Assembly (NCBI GenBank): GCA_964368495.1
Contig: CAYJAJ010000003.1
Coordinates: 776 to 64,775 of the forward strand
Length of the DNA stretch: 64,000 bases
Reading direction: 5' to 3'
Source of the DNA: an uncultured Holdemania sp.
Lineage (GTDB): Bacteria; Bacillota_I; Bacilli_A; Erysipelotrichales; Erysipelotrichaceae
Shown: one piece after another, positions 50,775-60,537 of the stretch
Numbering within the stretch: position 1 is the stretch's first letter
Layout of the letters: every line of letters starts with the position of its first letter
The notes under the pieces: generated by a model
Databases searched by the model: none
What the model saw: the letters and a program-made list of their open reading frames with translations, nothing else
What the model was told of the DNA's origin: nothing
Program-made: the position numbers and the translations under genes

Positions 50775-51010
50775 GCCAAAATAAGCTGATTGATGATATT
50801 ATTGCACAACTTGATAAAAATATTGAAAATGGAATTGGTCATGTAAATGTACAAGTAAAGGGTAATGATGTGACACTTGAAAAAATTACTAAAAATGAAA
50901 CAGATTTTCAAAAAGAAGTAGAAAAATTTAGTAGTGTTGAATGCCAAGGAAATACGGCATGCTGTAGTCCAACATTAATGGATGGACTAGATATCGTGGA
51001 GGAAGAATAA
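50771..51010 (+). CDS. 79-aa paralogue of the PFL glycyl-radical domain lacking the radical glycine
   Basis: The ATG overlaps the pflB-core TGA (ATGA). Same length as the next ORF and collinear with it ([24 protein letters not shown] vs [23 protein letters not shown]). It has EKFSSVE where RVSGYAV is expected, and contains TACCSPT. Confidence 0.6.
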   Translation: MSQNKLIDDIIAQLDKNIENGIGHVNVQVKGNDVTLEKITKNETDFQKEVEKFSSVECQGNTACCSPTLMDGLDIVEEE

Positions 51011-51011
51011 G

Positions 51012-51251
51012 ATGGAACAAAAAAATCAAATTGATAATTTAGTGCAATTACTAGATGGTTATATTGAAAAAGGTGGTCATCATTTAAATGTAAATGTATT
51101 TACAAAAGAAACATTATTAGATGCACAAAAACATCCTGAGAAATATCCACAATTAACAGTGCGTGTTAGTGGATATGCGGTTAATTTTAATAAATTAACT
51201 AAAGCTCAACAAGATGAAGTTATCACAAGAACATTTCATGAACAAATCTAA
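51012..51251 (+). CDS. Stand-alone glycyl-radical domain (GrcA-like; equals the detached PflB C-terminus)
   Basis: 79 aa. GGAGGA SD 8 nt upstream of the [58 protein letters not shown] is the canonical PFL glycyl-radical signature. Confidence 0.85.
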   Translation: MEQKNQIDNLVQLLDGYIEKGGHHLNVNVFTKETLLDAQKHPEKYPQLTVRVSGYAVNFNKLTKAQQDEVITRTFHEQI

Positions 51252-51253
51252 TT

Positions 51254-52003
51254 ATGTTACAGGGTAAAATTCATTCTGTAGAAAGTTTTGGAACAGTAGA
51301 CGGACCTGGGATACGCTTTATTGTGTTTATGCAAGGTTGTCCACTTCGCTGTTTATACTGCCATAACCCAGATACGTGGAGTATGCATAGTGAGACATTA
51401 ATGAGTATTTCTGAAATATTAAATCAATATAAGCGCAATGAACAATTTTATCGTGATGGTGGAATTACATGTACTGGTGGAGAACCGCTTTTACAAATAG
51501 ATTTCCTGATTGAACTATTTCGTGAGGCAAAAAAACTAGGTATTCATACTTGTCTTGATACATCAGGGATTTGCTTTACACGCTTACAAATTGATAAATA
51601 TAAACAACTTGCGTCTGTGTGTGATTTAGTGCTTTTGGATATCAAACATATCGACGAAGAGATACATCATAAATTAACTGGAAGCAGTAATAAAAACATT
51701 CAAGAATTTTTAGCGTTTTTAGATGAAGAAAATGTTCCGGTTTGGATTCGTCATGTTTATATTGATGAACAATTTAATAGCAAAGAAATGTTAAGAAAGT
51801 TAGGACAGTTTATTGGTCAATACAGAAATGTGAAAGCCGTTGATGTGCTTCCGTATCATACTATGGGAAAAAATAAGTATGAAAAGTTGAATATTGAATA
51901 TCCATTACAAGGATATAAAGATGTAAATATTGAAACTGCAAAATCAGCACGAAATGAAATTTTACGTGGTATCAAAGATATTAGGACAACAAAAAATAAG
52001 TAA
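51254..52003 (+). CDS. pflA: Pyruvate formate-lyase activating enzyme (radical SAM)
   Basis: 249 aa. SVESFGTVDGPGIRFIVFMQGCPLRCLYCHNPDTW (CxxxCxxC) and TCTGGEPLLQ. Confidence 0.92.
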   Translation: MLQGKIHSVESFGTVDGPGIRFIVFMQGCPLRCLYCHNPDTWSMHSETLMSISEILNQYKRNEQFYRDGGITCTGGEPLLQIDFLIELFREAKKLGIHTCLDTSGICFTRLQIDKYKQLASVCDLVLLDIKHIDEEIHHKLTGSSNKNIQEFLAFLDEENVPVWIRHVYIDEQFNSKEMLRKLGQFIGQYRNVKAVDVLPYHTMGKNKYEKLNIEYPLQGYKDVNIETAKSARNEILRGIKDIRTTKNK

Positions 52004-52006
52004 GTA

Positions 52007-52047
52007 ATCACACTTCATTAATTTGAATAATGGAGTGTGATTTTTTT
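52007..52047 (+). terminator. Intrinsic terminator after pflA
   Basis: 14-bp stem ATCACACTTCATTA / TAATGGAGTGTGAT (one G-U pair), loop atttgaa, followed by T6. Confidence 0.85.
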
Positions 52048-52259
52048 AATTTATAAAAATCGTTAGTATTTAACAATTAGTGGTGCTTTGTAGAATTTCT
52101 ATAGTATAATAGATATTGTGAAAAACAGAATCAAGATTCATAAATCAGTTTAAGTTAAAGACGAGATAAAACAATAAAGATTAAAATGAAACCATTTCTT
52201 TTTGTTTTATGTAACATTATTTGCAAAACAGGTTGGTTATAAAAATGGAGGAAAATTGC

Positions 52260-53330
52260 ATGAAACAAATGATGTGGGCTATAGTTAAAGATAAGATGGA
52301 TGTTGGAGTAACGTTAAAACAAGTACCAGTACCTGAAGTAAAAAAAAATGATATTAAAATAAAAATTAAAACAGCATCAATATGCGGTACAGATGTCCAT
52401 ATCTACATTTGGAATGATTGGGCAAAAAAGACAATTAAACCTGGACAAGTTATTGGACATGAATATGTAGGTGAAATAGTTGAAATTGGCGAAAATGTAG
52501 AAGGATTCAATATTGGAGATATAGTAAGTGGAGAAGGTCATATTGTATGTGGACATTGTAGAAATTGTTTAGCAGGGAACTATCATTTGTGTCCTAATAC
52601 ATCGGGAGTCGGAGTTAATCGTGATGGTGCATTCGCAGAATATTTGGTTATTCCATCAAAAAATGCATGGCATGTCAATCCTGAAGTCAAAGAAGAATTG
52701 TATTCATGTTATGATCCATTTGGAAATGCTGTGCACACTGCACTTGCTTATCCGTTAGTTGGAGAGGATGTCTTAATTACTGGTGCAGGACCAATTGGTT
52801 GTATGGCTGCTGCCATCGCTCGACATGTTGGTGCAAGACATGTTGTAGTTACAGATGTGAATGAGTATCGTTTGGAGCTTGCAAAAAAATTAGGGGCTAC
52901 ATGCACCGTAAATGTTGCAAAAGAAAAAATAGAAGATGCTATGAAAAAGCTCAAAATGAAAGAAGGTTTTGATGTTGGGCTTGAAATGTCAGGAAATAAA
53001 TATGCTTTTCATGATATGGTTCATGCTATGAGTAATGGTGGTAAAATTGCTGTGCTTGGATTACTTCCATCAAATACATCAATTAATTGGGAAGAAGTTA
53101 TTTTTAACCAACTCACAATCCGTGGAATATATGGACGAAAAATATGGGATACATGGTATAAAATGGACATGATGATTCAAAGTGGATTGAATATTGAGCC
53201 AATCATAACTCACCACTTTGATGCAATTGATTATGAAAAAGGGTTTGAGATAATGGTAAGTGGAAAAAGTGGTAAAGTTGTGCTCGATTTTACTAAATTA
53301 AAAGATTTTAAAGGAGCGAATTATGAATAA
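52260..53330 (+). CDS. tdh: L-threonine 3-dehydrogenase (zinc-dependent)
   Basis: ORF trimmed to the ATG at 52260 (GGAGGA 7 nt upstream). [34 protein letters not shown] and GAGPIG motifs. Confidence 0.85.
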   Translation: MKQMMWAIVKDKMDVGVTLKQVPVPEVKKNDIKIKIKTASICGTDVHIYIWNDWAKKTIKPGQVIGHEYVGEIVEIGENVEGFNIGDIVSGEGHIVCGHCRNCLAGNYHLCPNTSGVGVNRDGAFAEYLVIPSKNAWHVNPEVKEELYSCYDPFGNAVHTALAYPLVGEDVLITGAGPIGCMAAAIARHVGARHVVVTDVNEYRLELAKKLGATCTVNVAKEKIEDAMKKLKMKEGFDVGLEMSGNKYAFHDMVHAMSNGGKIAVLGLLPSNTSINWEEVIFNQLTIRGIYGRKIWDTWYKMDMMIQSGLNIEPIITHHFDAIDYEKGFEIMVSGKSGKVVLDFTKLKDFKGANYE

Positions 53331-54525
53331 AACTGAGGCATTAAAGTATTATAAGGATACGGTTGAATCAATTATTGATGATGGGCTTTTTAAAGGGGAA
53401 AGTCCAATTTCATCATCTCAAAGTGCACACATTAAACTAAGTAATGGCAAAGAAGTTTTGAATATGTGTGCAAATAATTACTTGGGACTTGGCAATAATC
53501 AAAAATGTATCGATGCAGCTAAAAAAACAGTTGATGAAAAAGGCTATGGATTAGCTTCCGTACGCTTTATTTGTGGTACGCAGGATATACATAATCAATT
53601 AGAAAAAAATATAAGTGAATTTTTAAATATGGATGATACCATTTTATATAGTTCATGCTATGATGCAAACGGAGGTTTATTTGAAACACTTTTAACTGCA
53701 GAAGATGCAATTATAAGCGATGAATTAAACCATGCTTCTATTATTGATGGTATACGCCTGTGTAAAGCAAAAAGGTTTCGCTATAAAAACAACAACATGG
53801 ACGATTTAAGAAGTCAACTAGTTGCTGCAGATGAAGCAGGAGCGAGAATTAAAATGATTGCGACAGATGGTGTGTTTTCAATGGATGGAATTATTGCTAA
53901 TTTAAAAGATATCTGTGATTTGGCAGAAGAATTTAATGCATTAGTTATGGTGGATGATTCTCATTCAGTTGGTTTTGTAGGTAAAACTGGAAAAGGAACT
54001 GCAGAATATTGTGATGTGATGGGACGTGTAGACATTATTACTGGTACCTTAGGTAAGGCGTTAGGAGGAGCTTCAGGCGGGTTTACTTCGGCTAGAAAAG
54101 AAATCGTTGATTTGCTTCGTCAAAGAAGTCGCCCCTATTTGTTTTCGAATACTTTAGCACCGTTTATTGTAGGAGCTAGCATTGAAGTGTTTAATTTAAT
54201 TAGCCATGATAAGTCACTACGCGACACTTTGGAGCATTTAACAAAAACATATCGTGATGCACTCACTGAAGCTGATTTTGACATTATTGATGGGGTTCAT
54301 CCTATCGTACCAATTATGCTATACGATGAAAAATTAGCTGCAAAATTTGCAAAAAAAATGATGGATAAAGGTGTGTATGTTGTGTCTTTTTCTTATCCTG
54401 TTGTCCCAAAAGGGAAAGCACGAATTAGAACTCAAGTAAGTGCTGCTCATACAAAAGAGGATATTGATTTTGTTGTTAAATGCTTGAAGGAAGTACGAGA
54501 AGAAATAAACCAGGAATTGAAATAA
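53323..54525 (+). CDS. kbl: Glycine C-acetyltransferase (2-amino-3-ketobutyrate CoA ligase)
   Basis: 400 aa. [29 protein letters not shown] (PLP lysine). Overlaps tdh by 8 nt. Confidence 0.88.
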   Translation: MNKTEALKYYKDTVESIIDDGLFKGESPISSSQSAHIKLSNGKEVLNMCANNYLGLGNNQKCIDAAKKTVDEKGYGLASVRFICGTQDIHNQLEKNISEFLNMDDTILYSSCYDANGGLFETLLTAEDAIISDELNHASIIDGIRLCKAKRFRYKNNNMDDLRSQLVAADEAGARIKMIATDGVFSMDGIIANLKDICDLAEEFNALVMVDDSHSVGFVGKTGKGTAEYCDVMGRVDIITGTLGKALGGASGGFTSARKEIVDLLRQRSRPYLFSNTLAPFIVGASIEVFNLISHDKSLRDTLEHLTKTYRDALTEADFDIIDGVHPIVPIMLYDEKLAAKFAKKMMDKGVYVVSFSYPVVPKGKARIRTQVSAAHTKEDIDFVVKCLKEVREEINQELK

Positions 54526-54546
54526 GGTAAAATTTGAGGTGAATAA

Positions 54547-55065
54547 ATGAAGCAAATTATGGATCAAGATGCGATTAGAAGAAGTTTGGTTAGAATTGCA
54601 CATGAAGTAGTAGAGAAAAACAAGGGTGTTGATAATTTAATCCTGGTGGGTATAAAAACTAGAGGTTCTTTTTTAGCGAAAAGAATGAGTGAAATGATAA
54701 GTCATTTTGAAGGTGTTGATGTGCCGTATTGTGATATTGACATACAATTTTGGAGAGATGATAAACCAAAAGAGAATGTTGAAACAATCGAAAAAATTAA
54801 TTACGATGTAAAAGATAAAATTATTGTGTTAGTTGATGATGTTTTGTATAAAGGAAGAACAGTGAGAGCGGCAATGGATGGGATCATGTACAATGGACGT
54901 GCTAAAGAAATACATTTAGCAGTTCTTGTTGATAGAGGACACCGTGAATTGCCAATACGTGCAGATTATGTTGGTAAGAATGTTCCAACATCAGATAGCG
55001 AAGATATCAAGGTTCTTTTGAGTGAAATTGATGATGTTGAAGGAGTATATATTACCACAAATTAA
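54547..55065 (+). CDS. pyrR: Bifunctional pyrimidine operon regulator / uracil phosphoribosyltransferase PyrR
   Basis: 172 aa. [15 protein letters not shown] ... [16 protein letters not shown] ... [25 protein letters not shown]. Confidence 0.88.
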   Translation: MKQIMDQDAIRRSLVRIAHEVVEKNKGVDNLILVGIKTRGSFLAKRMSEMISHFEGVDVPYCDIDIQFWRDDKPKENVETIEKINYDVKDKIIVLVDDVLYKGRTVRAAMDGIMYNGRAKEIHLAVLVDRGHRELPIRADYVGKNVPTSDSEDIKVLLSEIDDVEGVYITTN

Positions 55066-55257
55066 AAGGAACGATTTTTAAGATAGTGTGATTGTGATGG
55101 ATACAGGATTTTTTGTAAATTGTCACAATCATTTATATTTTTCAAGTGAAGTGTAAATATTTAAAAAATAAAATACTTGATTTAAAGGATATAAAATTCT
55201 GAAGGTAAAATTTTTTTTGGTATTCGTGATATAATAATTATTATTTGGGGGTAAAGC

Positions 55258-56661
55258 ATGAAATCATTACTTAATTTGTTTCGTTGGCAATCGATGATCA
55301 AATCAGATAAAATCATAGGTGAAATTCCAAGCAACAAAGCGATTTATATGCGTACCTTTAATATTGCGTGGCCAAGTGCTGTAGAGAGTGTTTTAATTGC
55401 CCTTATTGTGGCGGTAGATATGATGATGGTGGGGAATTTAGGTGCTGAAGCAATTTCTGCAGTTGGAATTACAACGCAGCCTAAATTTTTTATTTTGGCA
55501 ACTATTATTGCGTTAAATACTGGAATTGTAGTTTTGGTATCACGAAGAAAAGGACAAAACGATGAGAATAGTGCAAACAATTATTTAAGACAAGCCGTAG
55601 TGTTGTCTATTATGTTTAGTTTTGTTTTATCACTTACTGGAGCGATATTTGCGAAACCATTTTTATTGTTTTCAGGGGCAAACAATGATTATATTGATTT
55701 AGCTGTTTCTTATTTTAGAATCATTATGTTTGGAAATTTCTTTTATAGTGTTGCATTAACATTTACCGCTGCACAAAGAGGTGCCGGGAATACACGTGTT
55801 TCGATGACTACAAATATTGCAGCTAATCTATTTAATTTAGTATTTAATGCATTGCTTATTAATGGTTTATTTTTCTTTCCAAAGATGGGGGTTAATGGTG
55901 CAGCAGTTGCAACAGTAATCGGGAACCTTGTTGCTTTTATGATTGCACTTTATTCAATTACAAGAAAAGGAAAATTTTTGTATTTAGATATGAAAAAGTT
56001 TAAAGGTTTTGATATGCAAACACTAAATGATATTAAGCGCATTTCCTTTAGTTCATTAATAGAACAGTTTTTTATTCGTTTTGGTTTTTTAATGTACTCA
56101 AAATCAGTTGCCGGACTGGGGACAGTAGATTTCGCGGCACATCTGGTTTGTATGCAAATGATGTCAATAAGCTTTTCCTTTGGAGATGGGCTTTCTATCG
56201 CGAATACTTCACTTGTCGGACAAAACCTAGGGGCAAAACGGCCAGATATGGCGTTGATTCACGCAAAAATATCGCAAAGATTAGGTTTTAGCATTGCAGT
56301 TTTCTTGTCGTTATTTATTACATTTTTTAGAGTTGAATTAGTCAGTTTATTTACTAATGATGTTGCTGTTATTGCGGCAACAAGTCTTCCGATGATATTA
56401 ATATCAGTGACTGTGTTATTTCAAATACCGCAAGTTATTGTAGTTGGTAGTTTAAGGGGAGCAGGAGATGTTAAATTTGTAGCGATGTTGATGCTTATTA
56501 GTGTTTCAATAATTAGGCCTGGATTAGCATGGCTTTTATGCTATCCTTTTGAATTAGGTCTTGTTGGAGCATGGATTGCATTACTGCTTGATCAAATCAC
56601 TAGAAACGGATTAAGTGCAATACGGTTTAGACAAGCAAAATGGTTACATATCAAAGTATAA
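55258..56661 (+). CDS. MATE family efflux transporter
   Basis: 467 aa, 12 TM. Typical MATE repeats (AWPSAVESVL ... GLGTV ... GQNLGAKRPD). Confidence 0.8.
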   Translation: MKSLLNLFRWQSMIKSDKIIGEIPSNKAIYMRTFNIAWPSAVESVLIALIVAVDMMMVGNLGAEAISAVGITTQPKFFILATIIALNTGIVVLVSRRKGQNDENSANNYLRQAVVLSIMFSFVLSLTGAIFAKPFLLFSGANNDYIDLAVSYFRIIMFGNFFYSVALTFTAAQRGAGNTRVSMTTNIAANLFNLVFNALLINGLFFFPKMGVNGAAVATVIGNLVAFMIALYSITRKGKFLYLDMKKFKGFDMQTLNDIKRISFSSLIEQFFIRFGFLMYSKSVAGLGTVDFAAHLVCMQMMSISFSFGDGLSIANTSLVGQNLGAKRPDMALIHAKISQRLGFSIAVFLSLFITFFRVELVSLFTNDVAVIAATSLPMILISVTVLFQIPQVIVVGSLRGAGDVKFVAMLMLISVSIIRPGLAWLLCYPFELGLVGAWIALLLDQITRNGLSAIRFRQAKWLHIKV

Positions 56662-56728
56662 TAGTTTGTATTTTTATTTGGTTTAATAACGTAAAAAATG
56701 ATGAAAAAATTTAATGATATTCATTATA

Positions 56729-56770
56729 AATAATCGATAAGTAGACAATCGATTATTTTTGTTTTTTTTT
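56729..56770 (+). terminator. Intrinsic terminator after the MATE gene
   Basis: Perfect 10-bp stem AATAATCGAT / ATCGATTATT, 9-nt loop, then TTTGTTTTTTTTT. Confidence 0.85.
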
Positions 56771-56782
56771 ATAAATAAAATG

Positions 56783-56811
56783 TTTAAAAAATCACATGAA
56801 AGCGGTATAAT
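56783..56811 (+). promoter_or_regulatory. Putative sigma-A promoter of the PFOR gene, with an overlapping cre-like box
   Basis: TTTAAA - 17 nt - TATAAT. TGAAAGCGGTATAA (56797..56810) matches the cre consensus at 13 of 14 positions and overlaps the -10. Confidence 0.45.
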
Positions 56812-56839
56812 TAATTTATTAAACCACAGGAGGGATATT

Positions 56840-59800
56840 ATGTCAAAAACGTTTATGACAATGGATGGAAACTCAGCTGCTGCACATACGGCTTATGCTT
56901 TTACTGAAGTAGCTGCAATTTATCCGATTACACCATCATCACCAATGGCTGAAATGGTGGATGCATGGGCTTCACAAGGACGCAAAAACATCTTCGACAC
57001 AATTGTGAAAGTTGCTGAACTTCAAGCAGAAGGTGGAGCAGCTGGAGCAGTTCATGGTGCTTTACAAGGTGGCGCATTAGCTACTACATTTACTGCATCA
57101 CAAGGTTTATTGTTGATGATTCCTAATCTTTATAAAATGGCTGGTGAATTGCTTCCAGGTGTTATCCATGTTGCTGCAAGGGCTATTGCAGGTCGCGCAT
57201 TAAATATTTTTGGAGATCATGAAGATGTTTATGCAGCAAGACAAACGGGAGTCTGTATGATTGCATCTCATTCAGTTCAAGAAGCCATGGACTTGGGTGG
57301 GATTGCTCATTTAGCTGCAATTAAAACTTCATCTCCATTTGTTCATTTTTTTGATGGATTTAGAACATCTCATGAAATTCAAAAAATTGAAGTTATGGAT
57401 CAAGAATTTTTAAAGAGTCTATGTGATATGGACGCGGTAGAACGATTCAAAGCAAGTGCACTAAATCCACATTCAAATCCGATTACTCGTGGTGGTGCAG
57501 AAAATGATGATATTTTCTTCACTGGGCGTGAAGCACAAAATAAACATTACGAAAATATCGCAGATGTAGTTGCAGACTATATGAAAAAAGTAAGTGAGCA
57601 TACTGGTCGCGAATATGCGCCTTTTACATATTATGGTGCACCTGATGCTGATCGTGTAGTCGTTGCAATGGGGTCAGTGACTGAAACTGCAAAAGAAGCA
57701 ATTGATACAATGAATGCAAATGGGGAAAAAGTAGGATTAATTAAAGTGCATTTATATCGTCCATTTTCACCTAAATATTTAACATCAGTGTTGCCAAAAA
57801 GTGTTAAAAAAATAGCTGTACTTGATCGTACGAAAGAAATCGGAACAAGAGAGCCACTTTATTTAGATGTGCTTCACGTACTTAAAAATGAAGATATTTT
57901 AGTTATTGGTGGTCGTTATGGTATGGGATCTCGAAACACGACGCCAAGCCAAATTAATGCAGTATTCAATGAACTAAACAAAGAGTGCCCAAAAGATGAG
58001 TTTACAATTGGGATTAATGATGATGTAACTAATTTAAGTTTAACTGAAAATCCTGAATTCACAGTTAAAAGAGATTATGCATCTTGTCTATTTTTTGGTT
58101 TAGGTTCTGATGGAACAGTATCTGCAAACAAAAATGCGATTAAAATCATTGGGGATAATACTGATAAATATTCACAAGCATATTTCCAATATGATTCTAA
58201 AAAAGCTGGTGGGGTAACTCGTTCTCATTTACGTTTTGGTCCTTCTCCAATTCGTTCTACATATTATGTTGAAGATGCTGATTTTGTATCATGTTCACTG
58301 GATGCTTATGCATTTAAATATGATCTAGTTCGTAACTTAAAAAAAGGCGGGACATTCTTATTGAATACTACATTTACTGCTGAGGAAATCGAAAGTCATC
58401 TTCCTAATCGATTACTAGCAGGTCTTGCTAAAAAAGATGCGAAGTTTTATATCATTGATGCAACTGAAATTGCACAAAAAATCGGTATGGGTCGTCGTAC
58501 GAATACAATTTTACAATCGGCATTCTTTGCGTTAAATGAACAAATTATGCCATATTCAGAGGCTGTCGAATATATGAAATCGGCTGCTAAAAAATCATAT
58601 TCTAGTAAAGGTGAGGAAATTGTTGAATTAAACTATAAAGCCATCGATAATGGAAAAGAAGGGTTAGTTGCGATTCCTGTTAAATCTGAATGGGCTAGCT
58701 TACCTTATGATAGTGGACGTAAATTATTAGGTGATGATTATTTTGATAATCATGTTGCGGTAATTAATGGACTTGAGGGTTATGATTTACCAGTGTCTAA
58801 CTTTACTAAATATGGTATTTTAGATGGGTCTATGAACAACAATGTTTCATTCTATGAAAAACGTACAATTGCAACTCAAGTGCCAACATGGAAGTCAGAT
58901 AACTGTATTCAATGTGGATTCTGTTCATTTGTGTGCCCTCATGCAACAATCCGACCATTCTTATTAACAGATGAAGAAGTTAAAAATGCTCCGATTGATT
59001 TTAAAACAATTAAAGCAATGGGGAAAGGTGTAGAAGATTTAAATTATCGCATTCAAGTATCTCCTGCTAACTGTGTTGGTTGTGGTTTATGTGTGGTTGA
59101 ATGTCCTGGAAAAGCAGGGAATAAAGCACTTGAAATGGTAGATGTTAATGCAGAAATTGACCAAGAACCTCTTGCAGATTATCTATATAAGCACACTGAA
59201 TATAAAACAGAATATTTCCCTGTAACAACAGTTAAAGGTTCACAATTTGCTATGCCTTACTTTGAAGTATCAGGAGCATGCCCTGGATGTGGAGAAACTC
59301 CATACTACAAATTAGTATCACAACTATTTGGTAAAGATATGATGGTGGCAAATGCAACTGGATGTTCAAGTATCTATTCAGGTTCAACTCCATCAACTCC
59401 ATTTGTGAATGATAAAGATGGTAATGGAGTTGCATGGGCTAATAGTTTATTTGAAGATAATGCTGAGTATGGGTTTGGTATGGCATTAGCTCAAAATTAC
59501 AAACAAGCTCGTGTTTATGAATTGATTGAAAATAATTTGGATTCAGACTGTAAAGAAGTGTTTGAAAAATATTTAGCTGCAAATGGTAATAGGGATTTAC
59601 AACGCGCTGTTAAAGACGAATTGTTATCAGCAGTTAAAGCTAGTTCAAATAAAGATGTGAAGGAATTATTAAGATTTGAGCGCGATTTAGTTAGTAAGTC
59701 AATGTGGATTATCGGTGGAGATGGATGGGCCTATGATATTGGTTATGGTGGTCTTGATCATGTTATTGCAAATAACTTGAATGTAAATATTTTAGTTCTT

Positions 59801-60334
59801 GATACTGAAGTTTACTCTAACACTGGAGGACAATCATCAAAATCATCTCAAGCTGCATCAATTGCTAAGTTCACTGCAGGTGGTAAAGCAACTGCTAAAA
59901 AAGATTTAGGACAAATTGCTATGGCTTATGGACATGTTTATGTTGCTCAAATTGCTATGGGAGCTAACAAACAACAAACATTAAATGCAATTAAAGAAGC
60001 TGAAAGTTATAATGGACCTTCACTAATTATCGCTTATTCACCATGTGTTGAACATGGTATAAAAGGTGGACTTGCAAATCACCAAAGAACTCAAGCGAAA
60101 GCTGTTGAGGCTGGATACTTGTCTTTATATCGTTTTGATCCACGTAAAGAACAACCACTATCAATTGATAGTAAAGAACCTAACTGGGATACTTTCTTAG
60201 ACTTTGTAATGTCAGAAACTCGCTATAGCCAATTACCTGTTATTAAAGGTGAATCAGCTTATGAAATGTTAGAAAATACATTGAAAGATGCTAAAAAACG
60301 TTGGTCTAAGTTAGTTAAATTATCAAAAGACTAA
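56840..60334 (+). CDS. nifJ: Pyruvate:ferredoxin (flavodoxin) oxidoreductase
   Basis: ORF trimmed to the ATG at 56840 (SD AGGAGGG). About 1164 aa. MDGNSAAAHTAYAFTEVAAIYPITPSSPM, two ferredoxin-type clusters (CIQCGFCSFVCP, CVGCGLCVVECP) and the TPP motif GGDGWAYDIGYGGLDH. Confidence 0.93.
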   Translation: MSKTFMTMDGNSAAAHTAYAFTEVAAIYPITPSSPMAEMVDAWASQGRKNIFDTIVKVAELQAEGGAAGAVHGALQGGALATTFTASQGLLLMIPNLYKMAGELLPGVIHVAARAIAGRALNIFGDHEDVYAARQTGVCMIASHSVQEAMDLGGIAHLAAIKTSSPFVHFFDGFRTSHEIQKIEVMDQEFLKSLCDMDAVERFKASALNPHSNPITRGGAENDDIFFTGREAQNKHYENIADVVADYMKKVSEHTGREYAPFTYYGAPDADRVVVAMGSVTETAKEAIDTMNANGEKVGLIKVHLYRPFSPKYLTSVLPKSVKKIAVLDRTKEIGTREPLYLDVLHVLKNEDILVIGGRYGMGSRNTTPSQINAVFNELNKECPKDEFTIGINDDVTNLSLTENPEFTVKRDYASCLFFGLGSDGTVSANKNAIKIIGDNTDKYSQAYFQYDSKKAGGVTRSHLRFGPSPIRSTYYVEDADFVSCSLDAYAFKYDLVRNLKKGGTFLLNTTFTAEEIESHLPNRLLAGLAKKDAKFYIIDATEIAQKIGMGRRTNTILQSAFFALNEQIMPYSEAVEYMKSAAKKSYSSKGEEIVELNYKAIDNGKEGLVAIPVKSEWASLPYDSGRKLLGDDYFDNHVAVINGLEGYDLPVSNFTKYGILDGSMNNNVSFYEKRTIATQVPTWKSDNCIQCGFCSFVCPHATIRPFLLTDEEVKNAPIDFKTIKAMGKGVEDLNYRIQVSPANCVGCGLCVVECPGKAGNKALEMVDVNAEIDQEPLADYLYKHTEYKTEYFPVTTVKGSQFAMPYFEVSGACPGCGETPYYKLVSQLFGKDMMVANATGCSSIYSGSTPSTPFVNDKDGNGVAWANSLFEDNAEYGFGMALAQNYKQARVYELIENNLDSDCKEVFEKYLAANGNRDLQRAVKDELLSAVKASSNKDVKELLRFERDLVSKSMWIIGGDGWAYDIGYGGLDHVIANNLNVNILVLDTEVYSNTGGQSSKSSQAASIAKFTAGGKATAKKDLGQIAMAYGHVYVAQIAMGANKQQTLNAIKEAESYNGPSLIIAYSPCVEHGIKGGLANHQRTQAKAVEAGYLSLYRFDPRKEQPLSIDSKEPNWDTFLDFVMSETRYSQLPVIKGESAYEMLENTLKDAKKRWSKLVKLSKD

Positions 60335-60537
60335 ATTTTAATAATAACTACTGATATAGTAGAATAATCACTAAGTTTGTCTATTAAGAATTTTAAACAA
60401 ATGATTTGTGTATAAATTTCTAACTATTTCTAAATAACACTTTCATTAATCTAGTGGTTATTTCTGTTGAAACTTTGATAAATTTTGAATTATTTAGGAA
60501 AATGATATAGAATAACTAATAGTATTGATAAAGGAAT

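Noticed and set aside
50513-50947. 144-aa minus-strand ORF antisense to the PFL core/minigene junction
   Set aside because: The translation is low-complexity and hydrophobic, as expected from the reverse complement of AT-rich coding sequence. It has no SD or promoter-like context. It fully overlaps well-supported + strand genes.
50716-51015. Possibility that the roughly 300-nt interruption of pflB is a group I intron, an intein or a simple frameshift
   Set aside because: The segment is itself a coding paralogue of the following 79-aa domain. The junctions are classic coupled-translation signals (ATGA overlap; GGAGGA SD before the third ORF). An intein would keep one continuous frame, and this one has stop codons. 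I see no group I-like conserved pairings. A sequencing artefact cannot be excluded without reads, and this is stated in the finding.
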